From: Octopus sinensis
Lineage: Eukaryota
Assembly: GCF_006345805.1 (NCBI RefSeq)
Contig: NC_043016.1
Coordinates: forward strand, 29,884,001-29,948,000
Reading direction: 5' to 3'
Length of the DNA: 64,000 nucleotides
Shown piece by piece: positions 50,990-63,999 of the stretch. Within the stretch, counting starts at the first letter, position 1. Every line of letters begins with the position of its first letter. The notes under the pieces are model-generated. The model did not search any database. It had not been told where the DNA came from and saw nothing but the letters and a program-made list of their open reading frames with translations. The translations under genes and the position numbers were made by a program.

Positions 50990-51358
50990 TAGTAAGTTTG
51001 CTTCACAACCACAAGGTCCTAGGTTCAGTCCTACTGCATGGCACCTTGCACAAGTATCTTCTTCTATGGACTCAGGCTGACCAAAGCCTTGTCAGTGGAT
51101 TTGGTTAGATAGAAACTGAAAGAAGCCTGTTGCGTGTGTGTTTCTTATGTCTTCATGTCTGTGTTTGTCCCTCACCATTGCTTGACAACTGGTGTTGGTG
51201 TGTTTACAGCCCCATAACTTAGTAGTTTGGCAAAAGAGACCAACAGAATAAGTACCAGACTTTAAAAAAAATAAATACTGGGGTTGATTCATTTGACTAA
51301 AATTCTTCAAAGTGGTGACTCAGAATGGCCAGAGTCTAATGACCGAAACAAGTAAAAA
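50990..51358 (+). mobile_element. SINE family A
   Basis: Forward-oriented diverged copy. Confidence 0.85.
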
Positions 51359-51809
51359 AAAAAATTTATTCAAGGGAGTCTCTATCTGGTCAATATCACT
51401 ATGGAATAATATGACCTTGGATACTCCATGAAGAATATCCCAAGGCTATACTATTCCTTTAAGTCATTTCCAATTACTGCCATACTAGGTTCCCAACATT
51501 TGGTAGCTTAGCTATTATGATACAACACTATTATATTATTTTAACACACACACAAGAACTGGTTAAATCAGCTATATGGTACCAATCCTTGCAATTTTCA
51601 CCTTGTGCTTACTTGAAAGAAAAATTTTTCCACACATCAACAAATGAATCGCTTTTGAATTATGCAATATAAATGTCACCCAAGTTATATTATAAAGATA
51701 CAAAATGTTATATTTCTATATATTTATTTATCTAAATTTAAACATGCCTCAAATCAAACTAAAAAGTTACATAGATAACTGAAATCTTTGGAAAAACCAT
51801 TTTTTCCTC

Positions 51810-52075
51810 TGCCTTGGCTGGCTTCCGTGCCGGTGGCATGTTAAAAGCACCAACTGATCGTGGCCGATGCCAGACTCCCCTGGCACCTGTGCCAGTGGCA
51901 CGTAAAAAGCACCCACTACACTCGCGGAGTGGTTGGCGTTAGGAAGGGCATCCAGCTGTAGAAACACTGCCAGATCAGACTGGAGCCTGGTGCAGCCCCT
52001 GGCTTCCCAGACCCCGGTCGAACCGTCCAACCCGTGCTAACACGGAAAACGGACATTAAACGATGACGATGATGA
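51810..52075 (+). mobile_element. Family C RTE-related repeat
   Basis: Consensus-like copy ending GGACATTAAACGATGACGATGATGAT. Confidence 0.8.
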
Positions 52076-53554
52076 TAGACTAGTAAAGATTTACCAAGTA
52101 ATACAACCTACTCCACATGATATTTTCATGACCATGTTTCCAACAAAATCATCTTAAAGATGACAGATGACTTGTACACTGATTTCATTTAAAGTGGCAA
52201 TGAGTTGTACACCATCACCCTCACTCTCAAATTAGTAACCATCTTCAATCCTGTGGCAAAATCAGGTCAAGATAACTGTAGAAGGAGACAGACACAGTGG
52301 ATGACCAAGATGCTCTACTTGCCTCTCTACACTCCACAATGTGCTGGAGTAATTTATTTAGTAATCTAGTTAACTTTAATATTAATTGGACCAAGCTGGT
52401 GTTCAGACCAAAGTAGACCATTCTTACATGATATAAAAGGCCTAATTTTAATATTATTCAAGAGGCCACAGCTGCAAGATGCATCTCACAATACTGTACA
52501 AGGAATTTTTGTCTCCCATGAGCTTTGTCAGATCCTCAATTTCAAATTAAAATTCAAACACACAACAGCAACTGAAATACGAACTCTTTAAATGAGACAG
52601 TTTGGCATCATAGAATGAGAGGTTGTGGTCTCAGAGTATGTTTGGTACTAATAAGTTAATCTGTTATCTGGTATACATCTTTTGTTTGCAAAGTGACTTT
52701 CAGTTGTCAGTGCAGGTTACTAAACATTACTTGATTAGCGTTATACAGTTGTTTTTAGTAACACCTGATGATGTCCTGACCTTTATATGATCAACAAATA
52801 ATTAAGCTGTCTACAATCAATAAATCATAAAACCCCAGAAGCATTTTTCTAATAAATGAAGACGGGAATGTTCTAAGATACGAACAGAAAATAACAAGCA
52901 ATTACTCATTGAAAAGAAATATTTGAAATAGCCTCACAACAATTTTAAACATTATTTTCCATTTACTTGCTTTATTTCAAGTTTTCAACTTTAATTTGAA
53001 GACACGGGGTTAGAGTTAATGGTTAACTTTAGAATGGATCTATTTTCCAGCCAGTTAGATTTTAGCTGCTTCGTCTAAATACATAGAACAATGAAGGACT
53101 GTTTGAAATTATGAGATATACACTAAGAGACTAACATCATACTTCTAGATTTAATCTTCTGGTAAAACAAGAGTCTTTGAATGAATAACATTGGTTACAT
53201 AGATCAGCAGTTCTTAAACTGACAGATATTGGTACCTCACCAAAATATTAGTGAAATTTTTTGGTCCTTACTCTCTCTTTTTTAATGAGAAGACATCTAG
53301 TTTGTGTCTACATCATTCTTAGCCAAGAAGTTTAAAACTCTTTAAAACCCTTGCTATTTTATTACACATAGCAATTTGTCCAGCCACTTTTAAATCCTCA
53401 AAAGCTCCTCCACCCTATGAAAACCTCTTGGGTAAGGTGACAAACAGATTAAAATTTCTAGATGAATCCTAATAGGAATGTATGTGAAACTACAAACAAT
53501 ACAAAACAGTAAAGTCAGCTCGATCAAAGAAGGTAAAAATATCTTGCTAAATAA

Positions 53555-53767
53555 TTAACCCTGTTGTTACCATATTTCTTCCTCTGTTTCAATTAATTTT
53601 GAAATTAATGAAGAATTTAGTGAAATAATCTTGTCATTATTAAGGTGATATTTGGAACACAACATAAAATTTCAATGAGGAATTTTAATGTAGATCACTT
53701 TAAGACAGGGAAGCCTGTATCATAGAACCAGAGGTGGTCCTAGGTTGGTTGGTATCAAAAGGGTTAA
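53555..53767. mobile_element. piggyBac-type MITE family 2 variant
   Basis: TTAACCCT...AAAGGGTTAA. Confidence 0.75.
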
Positions 53768-54072
53768 GATCAATTAGAGCTCTTAATCTTAATTTCAGGA
53801 TTAGTTGATACAGCTAACATCTCTCACCTACTAATTTTTGATATTTCTATCATAACATTTCCATATATTAACTGTTATGCCTGCAAAGCAGAATTAACGG
53901 TCTCAGCTATAATCAAGGTAGATAAAGAGAAAATTATTGGAGTGTATTTGCATGAAAGGTGGTACAAGCAAAAGCAAAGACCCACTTTTTGGTATCGTAG
54001 CAGTAGAACTAAAGGTAACAAACTTAATCTCAGGAACAGATCAGTATGAGAGCCCTTAAAAAAAAAATCATT

Positions 54073-54460
54073 GCTGTGTGGTAAGAAGCTTGCTTTCCAA
54101 CCACATGGTTCCAGGTTCAGTCCCACTGTGTGACACCTTGGACAAGTGTCTTCTGCAATAGCCTTGGACTGACTAAAGCCTCGTAAATGGATTTGGAAAT
54201 GGAAACTGAAAGAAGCCTGTCATATATAAATATATATATAATTGTGAGTGTCTTTGTGTCTGTGTTTGTCATCCCATCACCTGACAATTGATGTTGGTGC
54301 GTTTACGTCCCCGTAGCTTAGCAGTCCAGCAAAAGAAACCGATAGACTAAATACTAAGCTTACAAAGAATAAGTCCTGGGATTGATTTCTTCAACTAAAA
54401 CCCTTTAAGGCAGTGCTCCAGCATGGCTGCAGTCAAATGACTGAAACATGTAAAAGAAAC
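54073..54460 (+). mobile_element. SINE family A
   Basis: Forward full-length copy. Confidence 0.85.
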
Positions 54461-54489
54461 AATGAAAGATGTAATGTTGAGTACGACAT

Positions 54490-55089
54490 TCTGTTTTTGA
54501 TTCGACGGTCATTCGGAATGCTCACAGCAGCCATATTCCTGCCACTCTATGTCACGCTGGTGAGACCCATATTGGAGTATGGGATTCAAGCCTCTTCTCC
54601 TTATCTCCTCAAAGACATACAGCACCTCGAAAGAGTCCAGAGGCTGGCTACCCGCATGGTTCATGGTCTCAAAAATTTGTCCTACGAAGAAAGGCTTGAG
54701 GACGCTCGACCTTTGTTCTCTTGAAAAACGCTGCCGCCGTGGTGATCTCATTCTCACCCACAACATCATAAGCGGGAAGTGTAACCTCTCGAAAGAGCTG
54801 TTCTTCACTCTGCTCCGGAGCGTCGGCTGCGGGGTCATTCCGAAAAGCTCTACCTGCGACGATTTCATCTCAATCGAAGGAGAGGAGCTTTCTCCGTCGG
54901 GTTGCGGATCCGTGGAACAAGCTGCCAGACGAGATGGTGAAGATGCCGACGACCGCTTTGTTCAAAGCCTCCCTGGACCTCAAGTGGCCTGAACTCTTTA
55001 CATGAACACCACCCTGTACTTAACTCCATGTCCCCCTACATGGCCTTGCTATTTGCTTTTGAGCCAAATTAACTAACTAACTAACTAAC
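54490..55089 (+). mobile_element. 5'-truncated CR1-clade LINE (ORF2 C-terminus, 3'UTR, (TAAC)n tail)
   Basis: LYVTLVRPILEYG..SPYLLKDIQHLERVQRLATRMV..LSYEERL / LDL.SLEKR.RRGDLI / LRGHSEKL..FS..WNKLP, with frameshifts. Target-site duplication ACGACAT at 54483-54489 and 55088-55094. Confidence 0.9.
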
Positions 55090-56000
55090 GACATAACAGA
55101 GCAACTAGAAAAGTTTGTCAATTTCAAATCTAACATCGTTAGGTGGTGTTTAATTCTTGGTTAATTCTCGATGCAAAGGTCTTCCAGCTATGTGACCATC
55201 CTCTTTTTTTTTTAATTTTTAGACGTAACATGTCTTTTTCTTAAGATGACAGGTTTTAGTGAGAGATTTCAGCAGCTATTTCTAGCAGATTGAGCAGCTA
55301 CATAAAACCTATCATTGGTGGTAATTTGTGTAGTCATGTACATTGTTGCCAACAACAAAGAGCTTCTTTTTAATATTACATTAAGTGTTATTTTATCAAT
55401 GTGATAATTTATGAGACAGGGAGGAAGAGTCCATAAACAGCATCACATAAGTGAAATTCATTAGAGCTAAGTAGACTTGCTGATCAATAATTATAACGAG
55501 TACAAAAAGTAAAGCTACCTTACAGGGTTTAGAGACCAAGTTGGAGAATAAATAGAAGTGTCAGTTACAATCTGAAAAGACTTCTCCTGTCTGGCAGAAA
55601 CTAAGAAGATAAAGAGAAATAAATACTTGAATTCATACAGTTGCATAGTAACAGAGGTCTATGAATTTTATATTCTAGCTTACTTTTAATCTAATTTAAT
55701 ATACTGGCCTTCTTTATCACTAATTAACTAATAAACTTTATTGCACTGGTATATATTTAAGACATAGAGAGAAAACAACAATGCCACATAAACATTATGC
55801 CAAAAGACAAAATAAACTTTCCAGTTATTACAGTGTTTGGTGGTCAAGTGGTTAAGTTGTTTGAGTGTAAGTAAAGATCATAAGATCAAATCCTAACCAT
55901 TGTAAAATTTCAAACAGTCAGCTAGCCTTAAAACAAATGATATCCGGCTGCCATGTGCTTTCACATAACAGGATCAAGTTGTGGAATAATGTATTGTACA

Positions 56001-56208
56001 TTAATCCTTTAGCATTCAGAATATTCAATCAAATGTAATGCTTATCTTTTTACATTGTTTTCTCATAGATTTGGGATTTTGATACGATTGTATACTTTTT
56101 AAAATGACATTGTAGTATAGGTGTAAGAGACTGGATCTTGACAGTTTGAACCCAAAACATGTAGAATATTTGGGCCAGATGTGGCCAATTTGAATGCTAA
56201 ATGGTTAA
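56001..56208 (-). mobile_element. piggyBac-type MITE family 1
   Basis: TTAA-flanked reverse copy. Confidence 0.75.
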
Positions 56209-57315
56209 CACAAAAAAAAAAAAGTTACAAAAACCAGAACAACAAAATGTTGTTGAATATAATTCGAATTGTAATCCTATTTACACGGTTCCCATAAGCA
56301 AACAATGAAATTAAAATGTCCAAAGAGATAAAAGTTATTAGTATGCTTTGAACAAAAGGAAAATGTTATCGTGGCTAAAGAGTGGTTTATTATTTAGTTG
56401 TCATTTTCAAAAATCAAAGCTTTATTCATTCAAGAAATTGAGAGAGAATAGCTAAATGCCTTGAAAGAAATTACAATCAAATACATAATTGTGCTAATTA
56501 TGATTTTTATTTTATTGTACTTCTTTCTAAAAATCACAATTTGCTCATTCTTCAAGCCTTTCAAAAATGGAGGAAGGGTGGTTGAAAAAAAAAAAAATCA
56601 ATTATCAATGAACAATTATTCTAATAATTTATTAAATAATCTTGAGAACAAAGTGCACTACAAAAGTTCAACAAAGAAAACTGATCCCAAAGTGGATATG
56701 CTGAGTTAGAGGGGGTATCACACAATGTTTTTTTTTTTTTTTGTAACGAAAACGACATGACGAAAGTGGAATAGAATCAAGCAATGAGATAATATACACT
56801 TTATTAAAGATAACACGCTTAACTGATAGCATCTGCTAGAATGACATACTAGGTTAGTAGAGGAGAGAGAAAGAGAGAAAGAGTAAAACTTACTGCTTGC
56901 TATTTTTGCTGCAAGTAAAACCAAGCAACTAATTAGAAAACATTCAGATTCAGATTTATAATAAAAAAAATTGTCCTGTTAAAATTTCAACACATTATTT
57001 TCGTTAAAGTATAATTGTAACAATTTGGTGAACCTCGGTGAAACTATTGCAATGGCGACACTATCTAGCGTAGGTGGAAATATTTCCAGATGACTCTTGG
57101 TGGATATTGAAAAAGATGAAAAAAAAATTTTTTTAAACAAATTAATGTATCTAATGTAATGGTTAGGTAAATGTTTCAATTTAAAGAATAATTCCAGAAA
57201 TACTTTTATAGAATATGGATGCGAGGATTCTAACAGTAATTTTTTTAGAATTTAGTATTAAATAAGATATTATGGACCAAGATACATGACATACACAATC
57301 AAACTATCGTTATAA

Positions 57316-57370
57316 GGCAGTCTGATGATGACTTAACTGGCTGAACAGCTGAAACTTAGAAGTTACTATC
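57316..57370 (+). ncRNA. Decayed hammerhead motif
   Basis: ggcagt CTGATGA tgacttaact ggctg aa cagct GAAA cttagaag TT actatc; stem II is irregular. Confidence 0.45.
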
Positions 57371-57481
57371 AATAATATTCTTATATATATTCTTGTACTC
57401 TACAAAAGTATAGAGTAACTGATCAGATTAATGTAAAATTGTTTTTAGTATAACTGAACATAAAAACAAACATTAGTATAC

Positions 57482-57555
<74 letters not shown>

Positions 57556-57719
57556 AATGTATGTATATGTAAATGTTAACCACAGAAAGTGAGTGCCCAA
57601 CACGGCATTGGTGGATATAATTTCTTTATTTGTGAATTAAGGCTACCATTGGTTTCATGATAAGAAAAGTAGAAAAATATCCTAGTGTCTTAACAATTTT
57701 TCAAGCTGATAACATATAT

Positions 57720-57771
<52 letters not shown>

Positions 57772-57981
57772 AAAGAGAGACAGAGAGAGAGAATAAATGT
57801 GTGTTTCACTAAGTTTGTATAACTTGGAGAAAAGATAAAGGGATCATGGGATCTCATCACAGCATATAAACTCATTCAAAACCATGAAATTCACTGTATC
57901 ATTTTTGCCAATGCTGATTCAGGCCAGTTCATTTGGACCCTTTCACATGACACACATGCACATACACAAACACACAAGTTC

Positions 57982-59535
57982 TAGTTGATAGCTTTTGTTA
58001 CTAAGATGTAATTAGTAAGGGAGGAAGTTACTCCAAAAGTATAGTGGCCAGAGTAAGGACAGGTCAGAGAAAGATTGGCAAAGCAGTATCACCTTAGGGT
58101 ACTAAAAAAGCAAAGGAGATGCCTTAGAGAGAAGCAATTATAGAGGAATCAAATTACTGAATCAGATTATGAAGGTCAAGAAAGGGTCATAGCTCAATTG
58201 GCCCATGACAGAGTAGAACTAAATGAGATGCAGCTAGGTTTCCTATCCAGTAAAGGTACTACGGATGCAATATTCCTAGTGAGGCAACTGCAACAGAAAT
58301 ACTTGGCTAATAGTAAATCATTATTCCAGGCTTTCGTTGATTTGGAGGTGTTTGACAGGGTATCACATACAGGAATCTGGTCCTTAATGAAGCTAGATGT
58401 TGGCATATGGCTTGTGAGAGCTGTACAAGCCATGTACAAAAATGCAATAAATGAAAGTCAACAACTTCTATGATGAGTTTAGCAAAATGCTTGCAGTCCA
58501 TCAAAGTTCAGTTTTCAGTCTCCTCCCATTCATAATAGTCCTACAGGAATCACAGAACAGTTTAAGACTGGTTATCTATGGGAACTCCAATGTGCTAATG
58601 ATCTAGTTCTCATAGCTAAATCTATAGAAGAATTAGAGAGAAAATTTCAGGCATGGAAACTAAAGCCTAAAATTGAGAGGTCTTAAAATACATTTGGTAA
58701 AGGCAAAGGTTTTAAAATGTAGGAAAGGAGACAGGAAGTTGGTACATTCAGTGAAACAGCCTTATTCAATATGTAGAAAAGGAGAAATTATAAATTTGAT
58801 ACAAGGTACCCAATGTAAGCTATGGGCAAAAGAGATGTAACAGAATCTCAGGCAGACTAGCAGAGAACAAAAGCTTCATATATGATAGACACACTGGAGC
58901 AGTACATACTATGAACACACCAGAAATAGACTTCCCTGAATGCCTGGATGGCTCACTAAAATTAGTTGATAGCTTTTGTTATTAGGGAGATGTAATTAGT
59001 AAGGGAGGAGGTTACTCCAAAAGCATAGTGGCCAGAGTAAGGACAGGTCAGAGAAAGATCAGGGAGAAACTACTGCTGCTAGCAACAAATGTGAAAGGTA
59101 GATTGTAATAATGCTTGTGTTAGAAGTGCAATGCTGCATGGCTCTGAGACATGGGTTTTAAACACAAAGGACGTAAGGAGTCTTGGAAAAAAAAAAAAAA
59201 CGAAGCAAGCCTGCTCTGTTGGATGAGCAATGTGAGTGTGTATGAAAGACATAGTATAGAAGTGATGTATGGAAAAATGGGCATAAGAGATGTCACATGT
59301 AGTGTGCAGGAAAGAAGATTGTGCTGGTATGGACAATGTATGGATAAGGACAGTTGCATAAAGATGTGCCAATCATTTAATGTGGTTAGAGCTTGTGGAA
59401 GAGTGAAGCTAAGGGAGTCAAGGAATGAAATGGTGAAGACTAACTTCAGGACCCAGAACCTCAAAGTAGATTTGACAAAGGACTAGGATGACTGGAAATA
59501 CATAGTTCTCAAGAAGACTTGTCCACCTCAGCGAA
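57982..59535 (+). mobile_element. Decayed RTE-clade LINE (RT domain through C-terminus)
   Basis: QLGFLSSKGTTDAIFLVRQLQQKYL...AFVDLE.FDRV; VHQSSVFSLLPFIIVL; ELQCANDLVL (YADD relic); VQERRLCWYG; many stops and frameshifts. Confidence 0.92.
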
Positions 59536-60805
59536 ACCAATTTTTTGGAAGCAATGTGTGTGTGTGTATATATATATATATATACACACACATACACACA
59601 TAAGGACACTTTGTAGAATCTTCTTGTCATATCATGCCACTTCCACCTATTATCTCTCTCACTGCAGATCTCCCGTGATATCACTATTTTCCTTGCAAAT
59701 GTTATCTCCACCCACATGTTACATTGATCATCCTCTGCCCTCTCCACTGAACCATCAAGTTATCTCCTCATGCGCTACGCCTGCCTCTTTCTTCCCCTAT
59801 CCACCTATATGTCATCTCTCTCTCTCTTATTCTCCCCACCTCTATCAACTGCATCACCATTACTTACTGCTCTTCCCCACCCCAACTCTCCAACTTTTGG
59901 ATTATTGGTCATCCCCTGCTCCCTACATCCACCCTTCAACCTTTCCCAATCTTTACAGCTGTTGCCTATCTCTCCTCCCCCATCTCTTGCTTCTGCATAT
60001 ATTCTCACAAATCCCAACCTATCTACACTCCTAGTTCCTGTATCCCCACCCATTTCTACTTACCACATACCTAGAGAGACCATCTACACACCTCATCACC
60101 ACTGTTTATATTTATCTCTCTGCAACCCCTACTGATCATTCTCATCTTCTTTTCTACATGGAGTAAATCTTCTAGAGAACCCCTGCTCTTCCTCTTCACC
60201 CTGCCTCATATTTTGACCCTCGCCCCTAGCATAAAGCAGAACTCTACACTCTGTAAAGTGGTTGGTGTTAGGACAGGCATTCAGCTGTGGAAACCATAGT
60301 AAAACATAACACTGGATGCAATGCAGTTTTAGGGCCTGCCAGATTCTTTCAAACCATCCATCCAAGTTCACAATGAACAAGGATGTTAAATGATGTTGAT
60401 GACAATACATACACATACATGCATGTGTATTTCTGTATATACATAGTCATCATCATCATTATCATCATCATCATCATCATTTTTTTAATGTCCTTTTTTT
60501 CCATGCTTGCATGAATTAGATGAATCTTCTTCAAATAGTATCAATCCACTGGCTGTAGCCTCTTGTCCTCTTGTCAGCCATTTTGTGAAGCTCAGTTTCA
60601 AGTAGTCAGCTTTCATTTCTTTCCATATCTGCCTCTTACAAGAGTTTCATCCACTTAGCTCACTTGACAATTCTTTATCCGACTGTTATCCCCTATGCAC
60701 ATCATAGCTCTCAACCAACACAGTCTCTTACACACTAATCTCAGTTTTTCTCTCAACTCAAGTGGTATTTTAGTTGTTCATTCACACTCACTAGAGAATA
60801 CTCAT

Positions 60806-61198
60806 TACTCTTTACTTGTTTCAGTCATTTGACAGTGGCCATGCTGGAGCACCGCCTTTAGTCGAGCAAATCGACTCCAGGACTTATTCTTTGTAAGCTT
60901 AGTACTTATTCTATTGGTCTCTTTTGCCGAACCGTTAAGTTATGGGGTCGTAAACACACCAGCATCGGTTGTCAAGCGATGTTGGTGGGGGGCACACACA
61001 CAAACACAGACACCCACATACATATACATATATATGAGGGGCCTCTTTCAGTTTCCATCTACCAAATCTACTCACAAGGCTTTAGTTGGTCTGAGGCTAT
61101 AGTAGAAAACACTTGCCCAAGATGCTACGCAGTGGGACTGAACCCGGAACCATATGGTTGGTAAGCAAGCTACTTACCACACAGCCACTCCTACGTCT
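60806..61198 (-). mobile_element. SINE family A, full length
   Basis: Matches 48843-49252. Confidence 0.9.
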
Positions 61199-61687
61199 AA
61201 CGAGAATATGCATCTCATTTTTTTCCTTTCTGGCCTTCACACATTCTCCTCTGCATCAAACACTCAGGTTTTTGCTACTATGCAAAAGGACTCCTCACTA
61301 CTCCTTACTCAAACAGAGAATCCCTTTGTTGCTAATAAAAGTAACAACTCTCAAAACAGTTCTATTCCAGTTGTAACTGACTTTCCTACATTCAGAATAC
61401 CCACCTCCTTTGTTAATTAACCTTTAAAACCAGTCAAATCCATCCCAAATGTTCTACCTGTTTTATGTTCAAACTGACCAGATTTGGCATCTCACACTTA
61501 TCCAACAATGTCATTCTAAAATTTTTTTTTTTGCTGTATTGTGTATTTGTTTCTTTTTTGCATGTTATTTTTTATTATTGATCTTCTATATAAATGAAGC
61601 TATATCTTTTAATTTGCTCCTTTCTTTTACATGAACCGAGGAGATACCTTGCGTAACAGTCATTATTTTAACGAGTTATAACCAATT

Positions 61688-61793
61688 ATCACCTGAAGAA
61701 ATACATCTGCACCAATGGATGTTCCTGAACCATTAGTTAAGTATCCCAGCTGTGAGGGATCAATGCTAGGTGGGTTGAAACTATTGTAGTGAT
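61688..61793 (+). ncRNA. Type I hammerhead motif with branched, about 77-nt stem II domain
   Basis: atcac CTGAAGA [aatacatct..aatgg/ccatt..atccc/gggat..aggtgggtt] GAAA ctattg TA gtgat, followed by AATAAA. Confidence 0.55.
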
Positions 61794-61837
61794 TAATAAA
61801 TATTCTTGTATCTTCCATCTCTCTCATTAACCAAACT

Positions 61838-62106
61838 TGTCTGGCACCTGTGTCGGTGGCACATAAAAAACACCATCCGAGCGTGGCCGTCTTCCAGCCT
61901 CGTCTGGCACCTGTGTCGGTGGCACATAAAATCACCCACTACACTCTCGGAGTAGTTGGCGTTAGGAAGGGCATCCAGCTGTAGAAACACTGCCAGATCT
62001 GACTGGCCTGGTGTAGCCTTCGGGCTTGCCAGACCCCAGTTGAACCGTCCAACCCATGCTAGCATGGAAAGCGGACGTTAAACGATGATGATGATGATGA
62101 TGATGA
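61838..62106 (+). mobile_element. Family C RTE-related repeat, young copy
   Basis: Internal duplication of GTCTGGCACCTGTGTCGGTGGCACATAAAA and a (GAT)n tail. Confidence 0.85.
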
Positions 62107-63920
62107 TATACACACACACACACATATATAATGACTCCCTTACCTATGAGTCAAATACAACAATCCCTGACTCATTTTTCGAATCAGTCTTTATATGACT
62201 GATCAACAATGGCATTTGAAATTTGCCAGTGATTTATAGATCTTGTATTATTGATAAAATGTTCAATGCATTGACTGCATAACCATTAACCAACTCACTG
62301 TTATCTGATCTGATCTGCTGCAACAAGCAACCAAAAAAAAGGTTAAAAATAATATATTACAAGTAAGTTTCATATGAAAGTACTGCATTCCTTTAATAAG
62401 GGACATTCCCTACCTAGCTCTTCAGCAGTGCTTGTGCAAGTGTAACAGTAATCTCAATGTCACTTGGACATCCCACCTCCACAGTTGATCAAAGTCTAAA
62501 ACAATCATTATAGGAAGAGAACATAGAGACTCTATGGTATTTTGAAACCAGATACAACATTCTAGTAAGTTAAATGATTTATCTTCTGCAAAAAACATTG
62601 GTGCTGGTGTCACATGAAGAGCACTGGTGATAGTGCCATGTAAAATGCACCGAGTACTCTCTGTAGAGTGGCGTTAAGAAGGGCATCCAGCTGTAGAAAC
62701 CAAGTCAAAACAGACAACTGGACTTGGTGCAGCACCTGGCTGTGCCAGCTTCTGACAAACTGTTCAATCCAAGTCAGCATAGAAAATGGACATCAAACAA
62801 TGATGAAGAATGGTAATATCTCCCTGTCTTCAGCAGTGGTTCTCAACCTATGTCAACTCAGGGCCTCACCTAGTGCACTAAATAATATTTCATAACTATC
62901 TCTCCACCAAACCCTCCTTTTTTTTTTTTTTTCTTTGCAAAAGAGAAAAAAAATAGAAAAGATTATTTATACTACTCTAACCATCGTGTGATTTCTCTTA
63001 GATACCTGTATGGAAATAACTAGAAAAAGCAGTGACTTATGTAATGAAGTTATATTGGGTCTTGGCATATCATCAATCAGGTTTCCTGCTCAATGCTATA
63101 ATAATGTCCTATTTATACTTTTCAATCTTGACAAAGATCTCTAAAAATTAATTAAAATTTAAATATTGCATGTGGTTTAGGTATTATATTTCTAAGAAAA
63201 ATCCTAACCCCATTCTGAATACCTAGTGCCCTATATATTAGTTTCTTGACATTTGCAGCCCTAATGCAATGAGCTCACAAAACACTTGCATCCAAAAGAG
63301 CTTTACCAATTACATAACATAGTGTCATCAACACCTATCAGTCATTCAGCTTTGGGGTTTCTTGTAGCGAATTTTGCATGGCTTAATTCTAATGCCAAAT
63401 CATTCACATGAAGAAAATTATATGTAGCTCAGCTAATGAGAGAGCCACTAAGTGGTCACTCAACATGCTAATAATTGCAGCCTAATCACAACTAGAATCT
63501 TAAAAAAAACAGAAATACATATTTAACAATTAATTCAATCCAATGTTATGGGCAATATGATTAGTGAAGTTCAACTAAACTACAGTCTTTAGCAAAGAAA
63601 TATATTTTTCGATTTATGTTAGCCAGAAAAAAGTCAGGGCAATGTCCGTGATCTGTATGAGCTCTTCACATGGCTTATGTCTAATTTGAACTTTTGAGAA
63701 CCGATGTTCATAAGAAAAACGCGTGGGCAGGGAGTAAGTTTTAGAAAGCTGTAGTTCTGCAGAGGACACAATTAGAGGAAGTGCTTCAAGCAGGAAGAGA
63801 TTGAAAAAAGACAGATGTATTGGAGTGTTGTGAACAAGCTTGTTTGTTTGAAAAGCTGGACCTCTTTGAGTAAGTATCAGTTTGTTTACTTGCACAAATC
63901 CTTGTACAGACCACTTTGCA

Positions 63921-63999
63921 TCTCTGTTTAATTTGTCTGTGGAGAAATCTATAGAAGACGGATATCTATATATTTCTCCACAGATAAATAAAACAGAAA
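63921..63999. repeat. Hairpin / centre of a fold-back that probably extends past the window
   Basis: TCTGTTTAATTTGTCTGTGGAGAAATCTATAGA ... TCTATATATTTCTCCACAGATAAATAAAACAGA. Confidence 0.75.

Noticed and set aside
56740-57240. Second CpG-retaining patch as a promoter
   Set aside because: The enrichment is modest and no first-exon signal was found.
62417-62496. Minus-strand exon-like segment (ttttag..gtaggg)
   Set aside because: All three frames contain stops and there is no linkage evidence.
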